From contig CM082593.2 in assembly GCA_040954595.2 (NCBI GenBank), positions 4,109,434 to 4,173,433 on the forward strand: a DNA stretch of 64,000 nucleotides, in the 5' to 3' direction. The notes below the pieces were generated by a model, which saw nothing but the letters and a program-made list of their open reading frames with translations, was not told the origin of the DNA and ran no database searches. The stretch is from Balanoglossus misakiensis. Its lineage: Eukaryota > Animalia > Hemichordata. Shown one piece after another: positions 63,693-64,000 of the stretch. The position numbers were made by a program, and so were the translations under genes. The first letter of the stretch is position 1, and every line of letters starts with the position of its first letter.

Positions 63693-64000
63693 ACGAGAAT
63701 CAACACGATCTGGCAATCAATCTCCTGTTCAAAGGGCCGCCGTAATCGCCGTGGCAATTGTTAAGAGATTAACGCGGTTTTGATGTCATAAAAGGTCGCA
63801 CCCTTTGTCTTTGTCAGAATGATACAAAAAAGTTTGGCCCAGTTATCTAATTTGGGGATTTTGAATCGTCAGAGAATGGTAGATAGGCAGTGGTGTCCTA
63901 ACGTCTGTCATCGACCTCTATAACTGTTCAATGTACTTCACACCTTATTTCACCGCTATCCCCGATGTCACGCACTTCACAATGGACACCACCTCAGCAG

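Overview
Animal genomic DNA with spliceosomal introns. An invertebrate deuterostome such as a hemichordate or echinoderm is a plausible source, inferred only from gene content and CpG mosaicism. The first ~7.5 kb is a composite repeat block: an 88-bp satellite, a ~42-60-bp minisatellite, two long palindromes, 203-bp and ~168-bp tandem arrays, and a second, homologous 88-bp array ending in GGTCCCTA. Three multi-exon genes were reconstructed by hand with phase-consistent GT-AG junctions. (1) A + strand, 144-aa GPI-anchored Ly6/uPAR three-finger protein (9509-13818). (2) A - strand, ~1865-aa USP54/USP53/echinus-family deubiquitinase (15449-26270) with intact catalytic residues, a 15-nt microexon, an MIT-like bundle and two C-terminal CxxC..CxxC modules. 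(3) A - strand, ~1241-aa DOK7-like PH-PTB adaptor (36832-62830) whose long tail carries five repeated YxxM motifs and an IRS/GAB-type terminal tyrosine motif. A ~90-bp TTAA-flanked MITE occurs in several copies. No prokaryotic-type systems, tRNA/rRNA genes or intact transposase were seen. All family assignments rest on recalled sequence similarity, not database searches.
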